A DNA stretch of 64,000 nt from a virus (IMGVR_UViG_3300046170_000148:32001-96000); one strand, 5' to 3'. Shown: positions 49,119 through 59,086, counted from the first letter of the stretch. The notes: generated from the sequence alone by a model not told the origin. Program-made: numbers and translations.

Positions 49119-49147
49119 ATATTACGACATCCCGCAAAGAATGTCAA
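49119..49147 (-). promoter_or_regulatory. Sigma70-type early promoter
   Basis: TTGACA-N17-TAATAT; GAGGA SD downstream. Confidence 0.75.
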
Positions 49148-49386
49148 GCAAAAAGTGCCAAATATTCAGGATTATTTGTTTCTAAAGTAACAAACGGCCC
49201 GAAGTATGATTCGAAGGCAACCAACAGGTGATTGTAGTCACCCGCCTGTAAGTCTTCCATGACTTCATCTTTATTGTAATCAAGTTCCCGACACAGATTA
49301 GATGCAGCACCTAGAAGGACAAACGCATTGCCTTCGGGGCCATCTAGGTTGAGAACATATCCAGTATCATTGTTTTGACGTATCAT
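49144..49386 (-). CDS. Hypothetical phage protein
   Basis: L.GPEGNAF.LLG...GDY.HL...F; likely start at ATG 49386. Confidence 0.65.
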   Translation of the reverse strand: MIRQNNDTGYVLNLDGPEGNAFVLLGAASNLCRELDYNKDEVMEDLQAGDYNHLLVAFESYFGPFVTLETNNPEYLALFA

Positions 49387-49387
49387 A

Positions 49388-49664
49388 TTAAGCCTCTGCT
49401 TTCCAATTGTAAAGATTGATATCAAACTCTTCCATAAGAATACCAGCGATAATCTCACGGTCAACGGTGTCACCACCGCCCCACCGATGTTCGCCATCGA
49501 TAAAGAACTCTTCATCGCCGCGCATCAGATAGATGTTGATGGCTTCCATGATTTGTTCACGATTCGCATGACCACTCTCACCATACAGCTTGACCTTCAC
49601 CGTAGAACATCTCACAGTAGTCTGCGAAGTTCTGTTTCTCTTTAAAAGTAATTTCCGTAATCAT
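49388..49664 (-). CDS. Hypothetical phage protein; extra A near 49591
   Basis: Repaired MITEITFKEKQNFADYCEMFYGEGQLYG...GGDTVDRE. Confidence 0.6.
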
Positions 49665-49695
49665 TTCTAGTTCCTTTCAACTCAACTTATACTTT

Positions 49696-49724
49696 ATATT
49701 ACAACAAGTATCAGGAATTGTCAA
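49696..49724 (-). promoter_or_regulatory. Sigma70-type early promoter
   Basis: TTGACA-N17-TAATAT. Confidence 0.75.
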
Positions 49725-50683
49725 GCACTATTTTCAAATAAAATGTTTTTTTCTGCTTCCCAATAATCGTGGAAATCTCCCCGTTCTTCGGGTGTCATAA
49801 TCCTTACGGTCTCAAGAAAGTCATCATCACCCATCAATTCAAACAGATTACTCATACTATCAGGGCCATCTGTATACATTGCATTGACCTCATATCGTTT
49901 CATCTTGCGTATCGTTCTACGAACAAGCACCTTTACTCTATCACCATATAGTTTAGGTGACGGCGTTAAGAGATAAACCAATCTCTTTGAGTTCATCAGT
50001 GCGGGTAGGATACCTTTTTGTAGAATGTCACGGTGGTGGAGTGATGTGCTGAACCCAAACACCTCATCCTTTGGAAAGTCTTTCAGTCCAGACAGAAGTT
50101 CTTGATGGGTGACATCTCCGAATTTAGGTTCGTCGGAATCCAGATTATAGTTCACTACGATTGCAATGTCCTCTTTATCGACCCGCCACGGTTGGATATC
50201 ATCTGTCGGCATACCCCTGACACCCTCATACGATGAAGTGAACCCAGTCTTTCCAAGAGCCTCAAATGCTTTTCTCCAATACGGAAACAACTCATAATTT
50301 ATGTCCTCATCATATATCGTATGTTGGACAAAGTGACGATTGGTGTTGAACTTGGTTGTCCAGTTGGTGATATTGTCAATGACCCTATCACTTCTCTTTA
50401 CAAAATCATCTGCGCCATCATGCATGTATTCATCATTTGTAATATCCCAGAGAAAGTTGTCCCATATGAATAACGGTAGTCCCAGTTCAAGACATGCGAT
50501 ATAGGATGCGATATACGATATACCATCAGCCGGAAGGTTGAGACATACGACATCACCCTTCTCCATACCCTTTGATAAAAAGAAACGTTTGTGTTGGTTG
50601 ATAACAAGACACAGGTTCTCATAATCGACATCATCGATTAGAAGGTCTTTTCGAATAATCTCACGACTTATTATTGCGTTCAT
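49721..50683 (-). CDS. Degenerate AMP-binding (ANL)-like protein; paralog of the upstream gene
   Basis: GMEKGDVV.L.L......ASYIACLELG; SLHH; lacks the TSGTT loop. Confidence 0.55.
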   Translation of the reverse strand: MNAIISREIIRKDLLIDDVDYENLCLVINQHKRFFLSKGMEKGDVVCLNLPADGISYIASYIACLELGLPLFIWDNFLWDITNDEYMHDGADDFVKRSDRVIDNITNWTTKFNTNRHFVQHTIYDEDINYELFPYWRKAFEALGKTGFTSSYEGVRGMPTDDIQPWRVDKEDIAIVVNYNLDSDEPKFGDVTHQELLSGLKDFPKDEVFGFSTSLHHRDILQKGILPALMNSKRLVYLLTPSPKLYGDRVKVLVRRTIRKMKRYEVNAMYTDGPDSMSNLFELMGDDDFLETVRIMTPEERGDFHDYWEAEKNILFENSA

Positions 50684-51900
50684 TTAGATATCCGCGAAGT
50701 TGTTCAAAATTTATCTTTGTATCTTGAAAGAAAGGTTCGAGGTCAACATCATCTGGGACTTCAGGCAAGTCTCGTGGTTCGATAAAGAACTGACCATCGA
50801 ATGTCAAATCGTCCTCGATATATCTTGGTTCGTCCCAGAGTTCACACCGAACTTCTTTACCATCAAACTGATAAAAGTCATCTGCCAATACACCTAGACC
50901 ATTCTCTTTGACTACACTGTCCTTATCAACAAAATTTATCAATAGTGGGATTGCAGTATCGATAGACCCGTAGTGTGAATGAAACTTCACATTATATTCT
51001 CGTGCGAAGTCTACAAACTGCTTCATCAAGGGCGAACCCACACATATTGATATTCAACGTTCTTGTAAAAGGTTCACTAAACATCTGTAAAAATAGTTCT
51101 AAGGATTCTTTATTAGGAATCATAATATGAGAGGGGTTTGTCCACACAAATGTCGAAAACTGAATATAATGTATATACTCAGACTTCATCTCACCTAATG
51201 CAAACGTAGTGTGATACTTTGCAATCATCAATGAGGGAATTAGAGATGTCAACATTGAGGATGCATGATGTAAGTTTCTGCTATGACCGATAGCTGAAGT
51301 TTCGTCGAAATCGAAAACATTTACGTTTCTTTTCGATATTTCCATAACCTCTCTATGTGAGAACACGATAGGTCTCGATGGTTTTGTAGTCCCACTTGTA
51401 GAACTTAGTAATAGTGGGTCGGTATCTTCCACTGTCCACCATGAGGGTTGAGTATCTACTACAACATTAACGTCCATATCAAGGATATCAATTTGTTGAC
51501 CACAGTATCGGTCTAGTAATTTTCCGTGTAACCCATCATAAGTTATTCTACCAGAATCTCCTTGAGAGATATACCACTGTGTTGGGCCATGTAATGCGAC
51601 CTTCGTATATGGGAGAGACTCTTCTGTGGCGGGAGAATCCAATAGGAATAGAACAAGTCCAAGTTCCGCACATGCAATGATTGACGCGACATGTAAATCA
51701 TCAACTTGCATGAGGGAGATTGTAATCTTGTCTCCCTTTTCCACACCACTTTTGATAAGTTTGTTCTTTATGCGATTAACCTGTCTCACAAGATAGTCTT
51801 TATCGTGTGTTCGATTTGGGTCAGTAACCCACTCTAGGCCATCTCTCAGAACATCACGATTTAAGATGTTTGGAATGGATTTTACAGCCGATGAACTCAT
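50661..51900 (-). CDS. AMP-binding (ANL superfamily)-like protein; extra base near 51022
   Basis: GVEKGDKI, IACAELG, LLLSSTSGTTKPSRPIVFSH (A3-like), LHHA, CGFAL, HYGSID (A5-like). Confidence 0.7.
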
Positions 51901-52260
51901 TGTAATAATCGTCTCTCAATAACACATCGTGTTCGAACTGGAGTTTTCGCCTCGTAGTAGGAACACTCACCTTTGGTATAACACAGGCGGAGTATCTCAC
52001 GCTCAAAGGTTACACCCTTCTTCAATCAACAGTTGCACCTCTTTGGATGAACCGTAGTAGTCTCTCCAATCAGACTGAACGCGAGTTCTCACTCTGCGTT
52101 TTCTTGTTTTGGTAACAGGAAGAATCTTCGGTTTCCAGAAGAATTTCTTACCGATATACTTCTTCCCGTTCTTCAAATTCACAATGCAGTAGACGAACCC
52201 CTGATATTCTTCGAGGAGTTCGTCTTCTGGTTCAAATGGTTTACCTTGATACGTCCACAT
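51854..52260 (-). CDS. GIY-YIG-like protein, T4 NrdA.1 family; two extra bases
   Basis: MWTYQG, GFVY.I.N...GKKYIGKK.F, SDW..YYGSS, F.REIL.LC..KG...Y.E. Confidence 0.8.
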
Positions 52261-52274
52261 GGATGTATATAGGG

Positions 52275-52391
52275 TTAAGATAAAGCAGACCCACACATGG
52301 GGCAGAACGAAGGTTCTTCTTCACTGTCGAAGACTAGAACTTCGGTTCGATGGTCACATACTTCACATTCAAGGTCATATGTCTCATCCAC
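52275..52391 (-). CDS. Small zinc-ribbon protein
   Basis: GTG start; MDETYDLECEVCDHRTEVLVFDSEEEPSFCPMCGSALS*. Confidence 0.65.
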   Translation of the reverse strand: MDETYDLECEVCDHRTEVLVFDSEEEPSFCPMCGSALS

Positions 52392-53351
52392 TATGCTACT
52401 TCGTCCCAGCCCCAGTCACCTTCCATACCATTCACGGAATATTCGGTAACACGTTTCTCGAAGAAGTTGTCATGTGATGCGCCATTTAGAACCCAGTCCA
52501 ACCACGGCAGTGGATTGTCCTTGACACCAAACTTTGCTTTCATACCAAGTTGTAACAGACGGCGGTCTGCAATGTGACGGATGTATTGTTTCACATCTTC
52601 TTCGGTCAGACCTTCCATCTCCATACCATCAAATGCAAGTTTGATGAAACGGTCTTCAAGTTTGACCACATCTTTTGCCATTTGATAGATTTTAGATTTC
52701 AGTTCGTCATTGACGATACGAGGGTGTTCTTCACAGAACTCACGGAACAGTTTTGCATTACCTTGAACGTGTAGAGTCTCGTCACGAATAGACCACTCAA
52801 CGATTGTTCCCATACCCTTCATCTTACCATAGCGTTGGAAGTTCAACAGCATCACAAACGATGCGAACACTGACAGACCTTCGTTGAATACAGACTGTGC
52901 GAGGGCCCAATGCCAGACCCGTATGACTATTGATGTCACCCTGTTTCATGAAGTCAATCTTGTCGGACATCTCTTTGTATTCGAGGAACATATGAAAGTC
53001 CTCATCAGGCAGACCGAGCGTGTCATTCAACAATGCATATGCACGTTGGTGAACGGCTTCACGTCCTGCAAACGATGATAACATGTTACGGACTTCATTG
53101 TTCTTGAACTTTGGAATCAGAAGTTCGTGGTAGTTCTCACCAACCTGAACATCCGATTGTGTAAACAGACGGAGAACCTGTGTGATAAAGTTCTTCTCTG
53201 GTTCACTTAGTTTGGTTTTCCAGTCCTGAACGTCTTCGCTCAGTTCTGCTTCATCTTCTACCCAGTGAATTTCTTCATGTTTCTTTGACAGGTCTACTGC
53301 CCACGGGTAGAGAAATGGTCGATATGTTTTTGAAAAATCTAGTAGTGACAT
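52391..53351 (-). CDS. nrdB: Ribonucleotide reductase class Ia beta subunit; extra G near 52906
   Basis: F.YPWA, HW...E..L..D..DW, E.VH..AY, EG...F.SF, WS.RDE..H, NFFE.RV.EY. Confidence 0.95.
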
Positions 53352-53354
53352 TTG

Positions 53355-55343
53355 TTATCCTTCGCAAGCACGACATTCATCATCGTCTTCATTTGTTTCT
53401 AGTGGTTGATTTAGGTGTTCCATAAGTTCATCATAACCCCCAATATATTCACCTTCGATGTAAATCTGTGGGACAGTTTTAACGTCTCGACCAGTCACTT
53501 CACGGGCAGTCTTGCCAATTTCCTTTAGGTCGATGTAGTCAAAAGGAATACCACGCAAGCGGAGTTCTTCCTTTGCCATAGAACAGAATGGACAGTCTGA
53601 TTTACCATACACGATAGTTCTCATGTCACCAGCAAGGGCAACACGTTCTACTTTCTCAGAGACGTTCTCTGCGCGTTGTTTGGCTTCGGTGCGTAGGTAG
53701 TAGAGACCTTTCAATCCTTTCGCCCATGCACTATAGTGAACCCTGTTTACATAAGACTTCTCCGCACCAGACGGGAAGAACAGGTTCACAGACTGACCTT
53801 GACAGATAAACTCTTGACGTTCTGCGGCGTGTTGAACCACCCACATCTGGTCGAGTTCGTCTGCGGTCTTGTAGATTGCCTTCTCACCTTCGGTAAGGAA
53901 AGGCAAATGTTGAACAGAACCCTTCTTGGTAATAATAGATGTCCAAGTTGATTCGTTGTTCTCACCCTTCTCAGTCAGAAGTTCATCGAGGTATTTGTTC
54001 TTTACCAAGAATGAACCCGCACGAGTTCGATGGGTGTATGCGTTTGCCTTCAATGGTTCGATAGAAGGACTTGTTGATAGAATTATTCCGCTGGAAGCGT
54101 TGGGCGCGATGGCAAGCAAGTGCGAGTTGCGTCTTCCAGACCCAATACCATCAGGATATTCGCCACGCTCTTCGGCAAGGAGTTCAGTCTCTGCAACTGC
54201 TTCTGACTTAATGTGGTCGAACACTGTTCGATTAATTTCTCTGGCTGCTTCTGATTCCCAGGCGACTCCGTGTTTTTGGAGGAGGCTGTGGAATCCCATT
54301 GCTCCGAGTCCGATTGAGCGTTCTCGTTCTGCACTGTATTTGGCCCGTGAGATTGTGTCTGGTGCTTCGTCGATAAAGAACTGCAAGACATTATCAAGCA
54401 TCCGCACAATGTCACGAACAATAGTCGTATCTTTCCATTCATCGTAGTATTCTAAATTCAGAGATGATAAGCAACACACCGCAGTTCTGTCTGCGTCTGT
54501 TGGTAGATGAATCTCATTACACAGGTTTGACCCGTGAATCTTTAGTCCTTTATCTTTTAACGGTTGTGGCAACGCACTGTTTGCCGTATCTATAAAGTTA
54601 AGATAAGGTTCACCTGTTCGGAAACGAATCTCAAGGAGACGTTCCCATAACTTACGGGCGTTGACCGTATCTTTTACTTCATTGTTTTTTGGGTCACGAA
54701 GGTCAAAGTCTTTGTCTTCTCTGACACACTCCATGAACTCATCAGTTATATTTATAGCGTTATGAAGGTTCAATGCCTTTCTTTGCACATCACCTGTAGG
54801 AATTCTCATGTTCATAAATTCTACAACGTCAGGATGTGAAATGTCCATGTATGCTGCATACGAACCCTTGCGTGTCTTACCCTGACGGTAAGCAATCATA
54901 TCCGCATCTACAGTATGCAGAAATGGGATAGGGCCTGGAGCGATGTCACTGACCGTTCGCACACTAGACCAATGTCCGCCAACACCGCCACCGTAAACAG
55001 AAAGCCAACGAAGCTCAGAAGAGTGGCTAATAAGACCCTCAAGAGTATCGGGGACATATGTAAGGAAACAAGAGATAGGCATCCCTTTGTCTTTTTTCTC
55101 TCCGTTGGGAGCGTTAGATAATACTGGAGAAGCAAACATAAAATACTTGTTGCTAACATAATCATAAAGACGTTGTGCGAGTGCATCGTCCATGTCCTCT
55201 CTATAACGTGACCATGCTTTGGCAGCACGGGCAAATCCTTCTTGGGGGGTCTTCTCATAATCTAGTAGGTAGAAATCTTTAAGCATACCTACTGCATATT
55301 CGGCGAGTAGGTCATCTTTCTTACGGTCAATTTTAACGGGCAT
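53355..55343 (-). CDS. nrdA: Ribonucleotide reductase class Ia alpha subunit with an inserted glutaredoxin domain
   Basis: ASPVL.N, PISCFL, SNLCNEI, VCCLSSLN, R.IGLG.MG, IAPNASS, Q.QS.NL, K.LYY.R; then CPFC...TVPQI...IGGY; terminal CRACEG. Confidence 0.96.
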   Translation of the reverse strand: MPVKIDRKKDDLLAEYAVGMLKDFYLLDYEKTPQEGFARAAKAWSRYREDMDDALAQRLYDYVSNKYFMFASPVLSNAPNGEKKDKGMPISCFLTYVPDTLEGLISHSSELRWLSVYGGGVGGHWSSVRTVSDIAPGPIPFLHTVDADMIAYRQGKTRKGSYAAYMDISHPDVVEFMNMRIPTGDVQRKALNLHNAINITDEFMECVREDKDFDLRDPKNNEVKDTVNARKLWERLLEIRFRTGEPYLNFIDTANSALPQPLKDKGLKIHGSNLCNEIHLPTDADRTAVCCLSSLNLEYYDEWKDTTIVRDIVRMLDNVLQFFIDEAPDTISRAKYSAERERSIGLGAMGFHSLLQKHGVAWESEAAREINRTVFDHIKSEAVAETELLAEERGEYPDGIGSGRRNSHLLAIAPNASSGIILSTSPSIEPLKANAYTHRTRAGSFLVKNKYLDELLTEKGENNESTWTSIITKKGSVQHLPFLTEGEKAIYKTADELDQMWVVQHAAERQEFICQGQSVNLFFPSGAEKSYVNRVHYSAWAKGLKGLYYLRTEAKQRAENVSEKVERVALAGDMRTIVYGKSDCPFCSMAKEELRLRGIPFDYIDLKEIGKTAREVTGRDVKTVPQIYIEGEYIGGYDELMEHLNQPLETNEDDDECRACEG

Positions 55344-55417
55344 AGGGGGTCTTCCATAGACGATTGTTTTTCTGGGGGTAGTTATATCTATACCCAGAAG
55401 AGTTTTCAGATTGTAGT

Positions 55418-55446
55418 ATTATACCCCATTTAGGGGGTAATGTCAA
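55418..55446 (-). promoter_or_regulatory. Consensus sigma70 promoter of nrdAB with a palindromic spacer
   Basis: TTGACA-N17-TATAAT; spacer region ACCCCCTAAATGGGGT. Confidence 0.8.
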
Positions 55447-55457
55447 TCACTTTTTTA

Positions 55458-56141
55458 TTAAAAATTGTAACCTAATGAAACATAGGTGACGCTGTATTCT
55501 TCCTCGGCATCATCACTGATATAGAGGTCATTGAGTGAGAACATCAGGTTCTTGCTGACATGGTAATCGATACTGAATTGGTTCTTACTCAACTCATGAT
55601 AGTCACCATTCTCCCACAGATACTTGTTGGTGATGCTGACAGGGGAGTCAGGATGCTTGTATCGAATCCAAGTAGAGTTACGCCAGACGAGTTCTGTGTA
55701 GTCCTCAGTCCCCATCTGTGTGACAGTGAACTCATGGGACATCTTCCATCTATCGTTACGGAAGAACTTCCAACCCCAGCCAACACCAGTGTGTGGACGG
55801 AATTCACCAATGAAACGATTGGCATTATAATTGAATCCAAAGTTTGCAATACCATAAACGGTTGGTGTGAAGTTGAGAATAAACTCATACTCACCATCTG
55901 CACGGTCAGTCAAGTCTACACCAGAAACTTGTGTCTTATAGACATTCGTTTCGGTCTCAACCTGAAAGTCTTTATCTTCAGGCTCCCACACAAACTTTTG
56001 ATGAAGATTAAAACTCTTGGTGTTACTGTCTTCTACTTTGTAACCGAGTTTGACGTAGTTAGCACCTTGTGCATTTAGAGGAAATGATACAACACATGCC
56101 GACAATAATCCTGCCAACATTAATACAACTAATTTATTCAT
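55458..56141 (-). CDS. Outer-membrane beta-barrel protein (DUF481/YdiY-like)
   Basis: Signal peptide; alternating amphipathic strands; G.GW.F; C-terminal YVSLGYNF BAM signal. Confidence 0.7.
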   Translation of the reverse strand: MNKLVVLMLAGLLSACVVSFPLNAQGANYVKLGYKVEDSNTKSFNLHQKFVWEPEDKDFQVETETNVYKTQVSGVDLTDRADGEYEFILNFTPTVYGIANFGFNYNANRFIGEFRPHTGVGWGWKFFRNDRWKMSHEFTVTQMGTEDYTELVWRNSTWIRYKHPDSPVSITNKYLWENGDYHELSKNQFSIDYHVSKNLMFSLNDLYISDDAEEEYSVTYVSLGYNF

Positions 56142-56599
56142 TTTTTACGACCCTTATCAATAGCGCGAGAACCAAACCAGAATGAGATGATTGCAGCAAA
56201 GATTGCCTTTGTATCATCGTCCCAGAGAATGTTGATTGCTTCAGAGAAGTCAGTTCCCTTCTCCATCGCTTCCATCAGAAGGGTAATTTCAATAACAGCG
56301 AACAGTCCAAAGAATGCGTAAGTAATGACTGGTCGAACACTCTTCTGCAAACTGGCGACAAATCCAGTTCCCTTATTGATTGAAATATCATGTTCAACCA
56401 GTCTAGAATGTTCTGCGTCATCCGCTTTGGTCTCATACATTCGATACTCTTGGTCGAATCCAGCAGCCCTTAGTTCTGCCATCTTCTCCATTTTCGCGAG
56501 TTCAAATTTCTGTTCGTTCTTTGCTTTGAAATGGTCTGTGATTGCGGGAACGACTGAACCGCTAAATCCTAAGACACTACCTAATAATCCACTTAACAT
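56138..56599 (-). CDS. Holin-like membrane protein (3TM type)
   Basis: SVRPVITY, hydrophobic helices, FWFGSR. Confidence 0.6.
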   Translation of the reverse strand: MLSGLLGSVLGFSGSVVPAITDHFKAKNEQKFELAKMEKMAELRAAGFDQEYRMYETKADDAEHSRLVEHDISINKGTGFVASLQKSVRPVITYAFFGLFAVIEITLLMEAMEKGTDFSEAINILWDDDTKAIFAAIISFWFGSRAIDKGRKK

Positions 56600-56784
56600 T
56601 ATCTACTCCACTTTTTTTGACTGTCCTCACGTTTATCTATAAATCGTTTAAGGACTTCGATATCTTTCTTGCGCTTCTTCTTCATGTGAACAGGGACAAT
56701 CTTTTCAGGATTATCCCCTGCGCCTGCCACTGAAGCTGTTGATGTGCTTGGCACATCTTCCATGAATTTCTTAAAGTTCTTCAT
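56599..56784 (-). CDS. Small basic protein with a capsid-targeting-like N-terminus
   Basis: MKNFKKFMED. Confidence 0.6.
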   Translation of the reverse strand: MKNFKKFMEDVPSTSTASVAGAGDNPEKIVPVHMKKKRKKDIEVLKRFIDKREDSQKKWSR

Positions 56785-57380
56785 CGGGTAATCTCCCCTG
56801 TGGTGAAATACACCCATTGTTTTGAATTCATGTGAATACCTTTGTATATATCGATACCAAGAATAGAATCAATAGGTTTGGCATCGGTCTCCACAACTCT
56901 GATTTGGTCGCCCTTTCGAACAATCTCTTCACACTGAACGGTCATTCCATCATTCTTAATACGATAGACACCAGCGCCCAACTCCTTATCATCAAGGACA
57001 AACCACTGTGAGTCTTCTGCAAGAACATCAAGGATGTCAATACCTGTTGCATCGTGTATCTGCATCATTTGTTTATCAGACAGTTCACCGTGTTCACGAA
57101 TAAGTGCCAGTGCTGAACCATACCTTGCGATTGCAGATTGTCCGCCTGGCACTTTTGCCATGATTCTTTTTATATTCACAACAAGTCTAATGAACGGTGT
57201 GTAGTGTGTTCTCAATGCATCACGGTTGTCTGCAACGTTCTTGTCGAAGTCTTTGACTTTCTTACCATCTGCATCGATAATGCCAGCCTTATACGCCCCT
57301 AACTTGTCGAATGGTGTGACGAGAAGTTTAAGGAATCGAATCGTAAATACGAGGTCGGCTGCTGATTTTAAAATACCCAT
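56781..57380 (-). CDS. Conserved T4-like hypothetical protein
   Basis: D....RFLKLL.TPF....AYK.GIID..GK, YTPF.RLV.NIKR. Confidence 0.75.
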   Translation of the reverse strand: MGILKSAADLVFTIRFLKLLVTPFDKLGAYKAGIIDADGKKVKDFDKNVADNRDALRTHYTPFIRLVVNIKRIMAKVPGGQSAIARYGSALALIREHGELSDKQMMQIHDATGIDILDVLAEDSQWFVLDDKELGAGVYRIKNDGMTVQCEEIVRKGDQIRVVETDAKPIDSILGIDIYKGIHMNSKQWVYFTTGEITR

Positions 57381-57385
57381 AGTTC

Positions 57386-57393
57386 TATTTATA
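57386..57393 (-). promoter_or_regulatory. T4-type late promoter TATAAATA
   Basis: Exact consensus immediately upstream of ATG 57380. Confidence 0.65.
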
Positions 57394-57746
57394 TCTTTCT
57401 GAGTCTCTCAACGACTAATTTATCCATCTCAATGTTAGGTATATTCGGTATTTTTTATGGTCTTTAGAAAGATAAGGAACGGTTTGAGTGTTGACCAATG
57501 GTCGAGTTCGACTTTGAGTTCGAGGATATCTAGTCCTGCCTCATTTCCAAATACATTAAAAATTACTATGAGATGGTTCAGTATGAGTCTCTCAGATAAC
57601 TCACCTGAAGTTTTGTATCGATTGAGGAGTCTCTTGATATACTTAAATCTCTTTAAGTCTTCAAAAAACTCCTCGCTATCAATACACTTTGGATTGTAGT
57701 AATGCTTTGCTGCAAATACTATTAAGTTGTCTTTGGTCAGTTGCAT
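57389..57746 (-). CDS. Conserved T4-like hypothetical protein; extra C near 57438
   Basis: FA.KHY.NP.C....EF.EDLKRFKYIKRL, LILNH.I...NVFG, LK.FL. Confidence 0.8.
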
Positions 57747-57782
57747 TATAAAAAATCCAGATAAAGAGTAATATACCCTTAT

Positions 57783-58115
57783 CTAGTCTTTTAATAGACC
57801 TGTCATTTTCTCCACAAGAGTAGACTTTTTCTTTCTACGGTCAAGTTCTACGCCATGTTGGCGACCCAGTGCTTCGAGTTCTACCTTTGACATCTCATCA
57901 AGTGACTTATCACCAACAGGTGCTTCGGTCAATGTTTGGACATTAACAGGAACTTCGACTTGTTCTACAACTGGTTTGACACCAAAGAACTCATCGATTT
58001 GTTCTTGGGTGAAACCACCAGATGCATACAACTCACCAGTGTTAGGGTCTTCCCATCCACGGGCAGTAGGAATGGCGTTATCACACCATGCAGGGGCTTT
58101 GATAGACATTAGCAA
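57783..58115 (-). CDS. Hypothetical protein with a C-terminal Rho-N/HeH-like motif
   Basis: AIPT.RGW.DP.TGEL; LDEMSKVELEALGRQHGVELDRRKKK..L. Confidence 0.65.
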   Translation of the reverse strand: MLMSIKAPAWCDNAIPTARGWEDPNTGELYASGGFTQEQIDEFFGVKPVVEQVEVPVNVQTLTEAPVGDKSLDEMSKVELEALGRQHGVELDRRKKKSTLVEKMTGLLKD

Positions 58116-59074
58116 TCATCCTTTTTATCATATCCACGGCGTTTCGCCATGCGTTCCAGAAACTTCTTGGCTTCTGTAGTTCTTGCATCATGTGGGTTCT
58201 TTTCTTTTTGACCCAGTTCTTGTCTCAACTCACTCATTGTCTTACCAGACAAAACGTCACGAGCCATGTCAACCAGAGAGACTGAACCCGCTCTTGCATC
58301 CATATCAACATCTTCTTTGACAGGTGCTTCGGTTGACTTGACAACCTGTGTGTCACCAGTAGAATTGTCCTGTGGGCGTTTACCAGATTTTGCTTTGGTT
58401 GCTTGACCAGCTTTGGTAGTCTTGTCTTTAGCATCCTCAACATTGTCTTCGATTTTCTTGTCAGACTTCTTGTGAGCGTTTGCAAACTCTTTGGACTTAG
58501 GAGATTCCTTGTCCATGATTTCTTCTGGTTTGGTTGCATTTGATTTCTGTTGCTTCGCAGCAGTCTCAATCATGTTCAACAACTCATCTGTTGCTTCACC
58601 GATTTTGGAAATCTCTGCTGTTTTCTCACCGTCATTACCGACAACTTTTTTCTTTTTCTTATCGTCTTTTGCTGGCGCTTCTCCACCTTCTTCATCGTCC
58701 ATTGCTTTACCGATTGCTTTACGGCGTTTGTGCAGGAACTTGTCAGATGAATCAACATCACCATCGTTGTCGATGTCTTTGTCTTTACGGTCTTTGAATT
58801 TCTTCTTAGCGGCTTTAGGGTCTGCTTTGTCAAGACCTTCGCCGTCATCTTCTTGGTCGTTAGAAGCATCTTCCTTTGCAAGTTTTGCTTCTTCTGTTTT
58901 CACATCATATTTTTTACCGGCAACAACGAATGCTGTTTCGCCTTTATCTTTGGCGGCTTGCAACGCTTTAGTAAACGCATTACCTTCTTCGGTCTTGGCT
59001 TCTTCTAGTTCTTCTTCTTTGGATGTTACGGATGCCCACGCTTCACCCAACTTTTTGATGTCTGATGTTTTCAT
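58109..59074 (-). CDS. Highly charged, probably capsid-internal or scaffold-like protein
   Basis: K/E/D-rich; DIDNDGDVDSSDKFL.KRRKAI motif; several (L/V/I)xE sites. Confidence 0.65.
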   Translation of the reverse strand: MKTSDIKKLGEAWASVTSKEEELEEAKTEEGNAFTKALQAAKDKGETAFVVAGKKYDVKTEEAKLAKEDASNDQEDDGEGLDKADPKAAKKKFKDRKDKDIDNDGDVDSSDKFLHKRRKAIGKAMDDEEGGEAPAKDDKKKKKVVGNDGEKTAEISKIGEATDELLNMIETAAKQQKSNATKPEEIMDKESPKSKEFANAHKKSDKKIEDNVEDAKDKTTKAGQATKAKSGKRPQDNSTGDTQVVKSTEAPVKEDVDMDARAGSVSLVDMARDVLSGKTMSELRQELGQKEKNPHDARTTEAKKFLERMAKRRGYDKKDDC

Positions 59075-59086
59075 TGTATTTCTCCG

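Noticed and set aside
51854-52260. GIY-YIG gene as a mobile homing endonuclease
   Set aside because: Short, no DNA-binding repeats, and matches the conserved NrdA.1-type gene found beside nrd genes; no insertion boundaries visible
52824-52939. Split nrdB as a possible intron or programmed frameshift
   Set aside because: No intervening sequence; one extra G (TTG GGC CCT for TTG GCC CTC) explains it, like the other homopolymer errors
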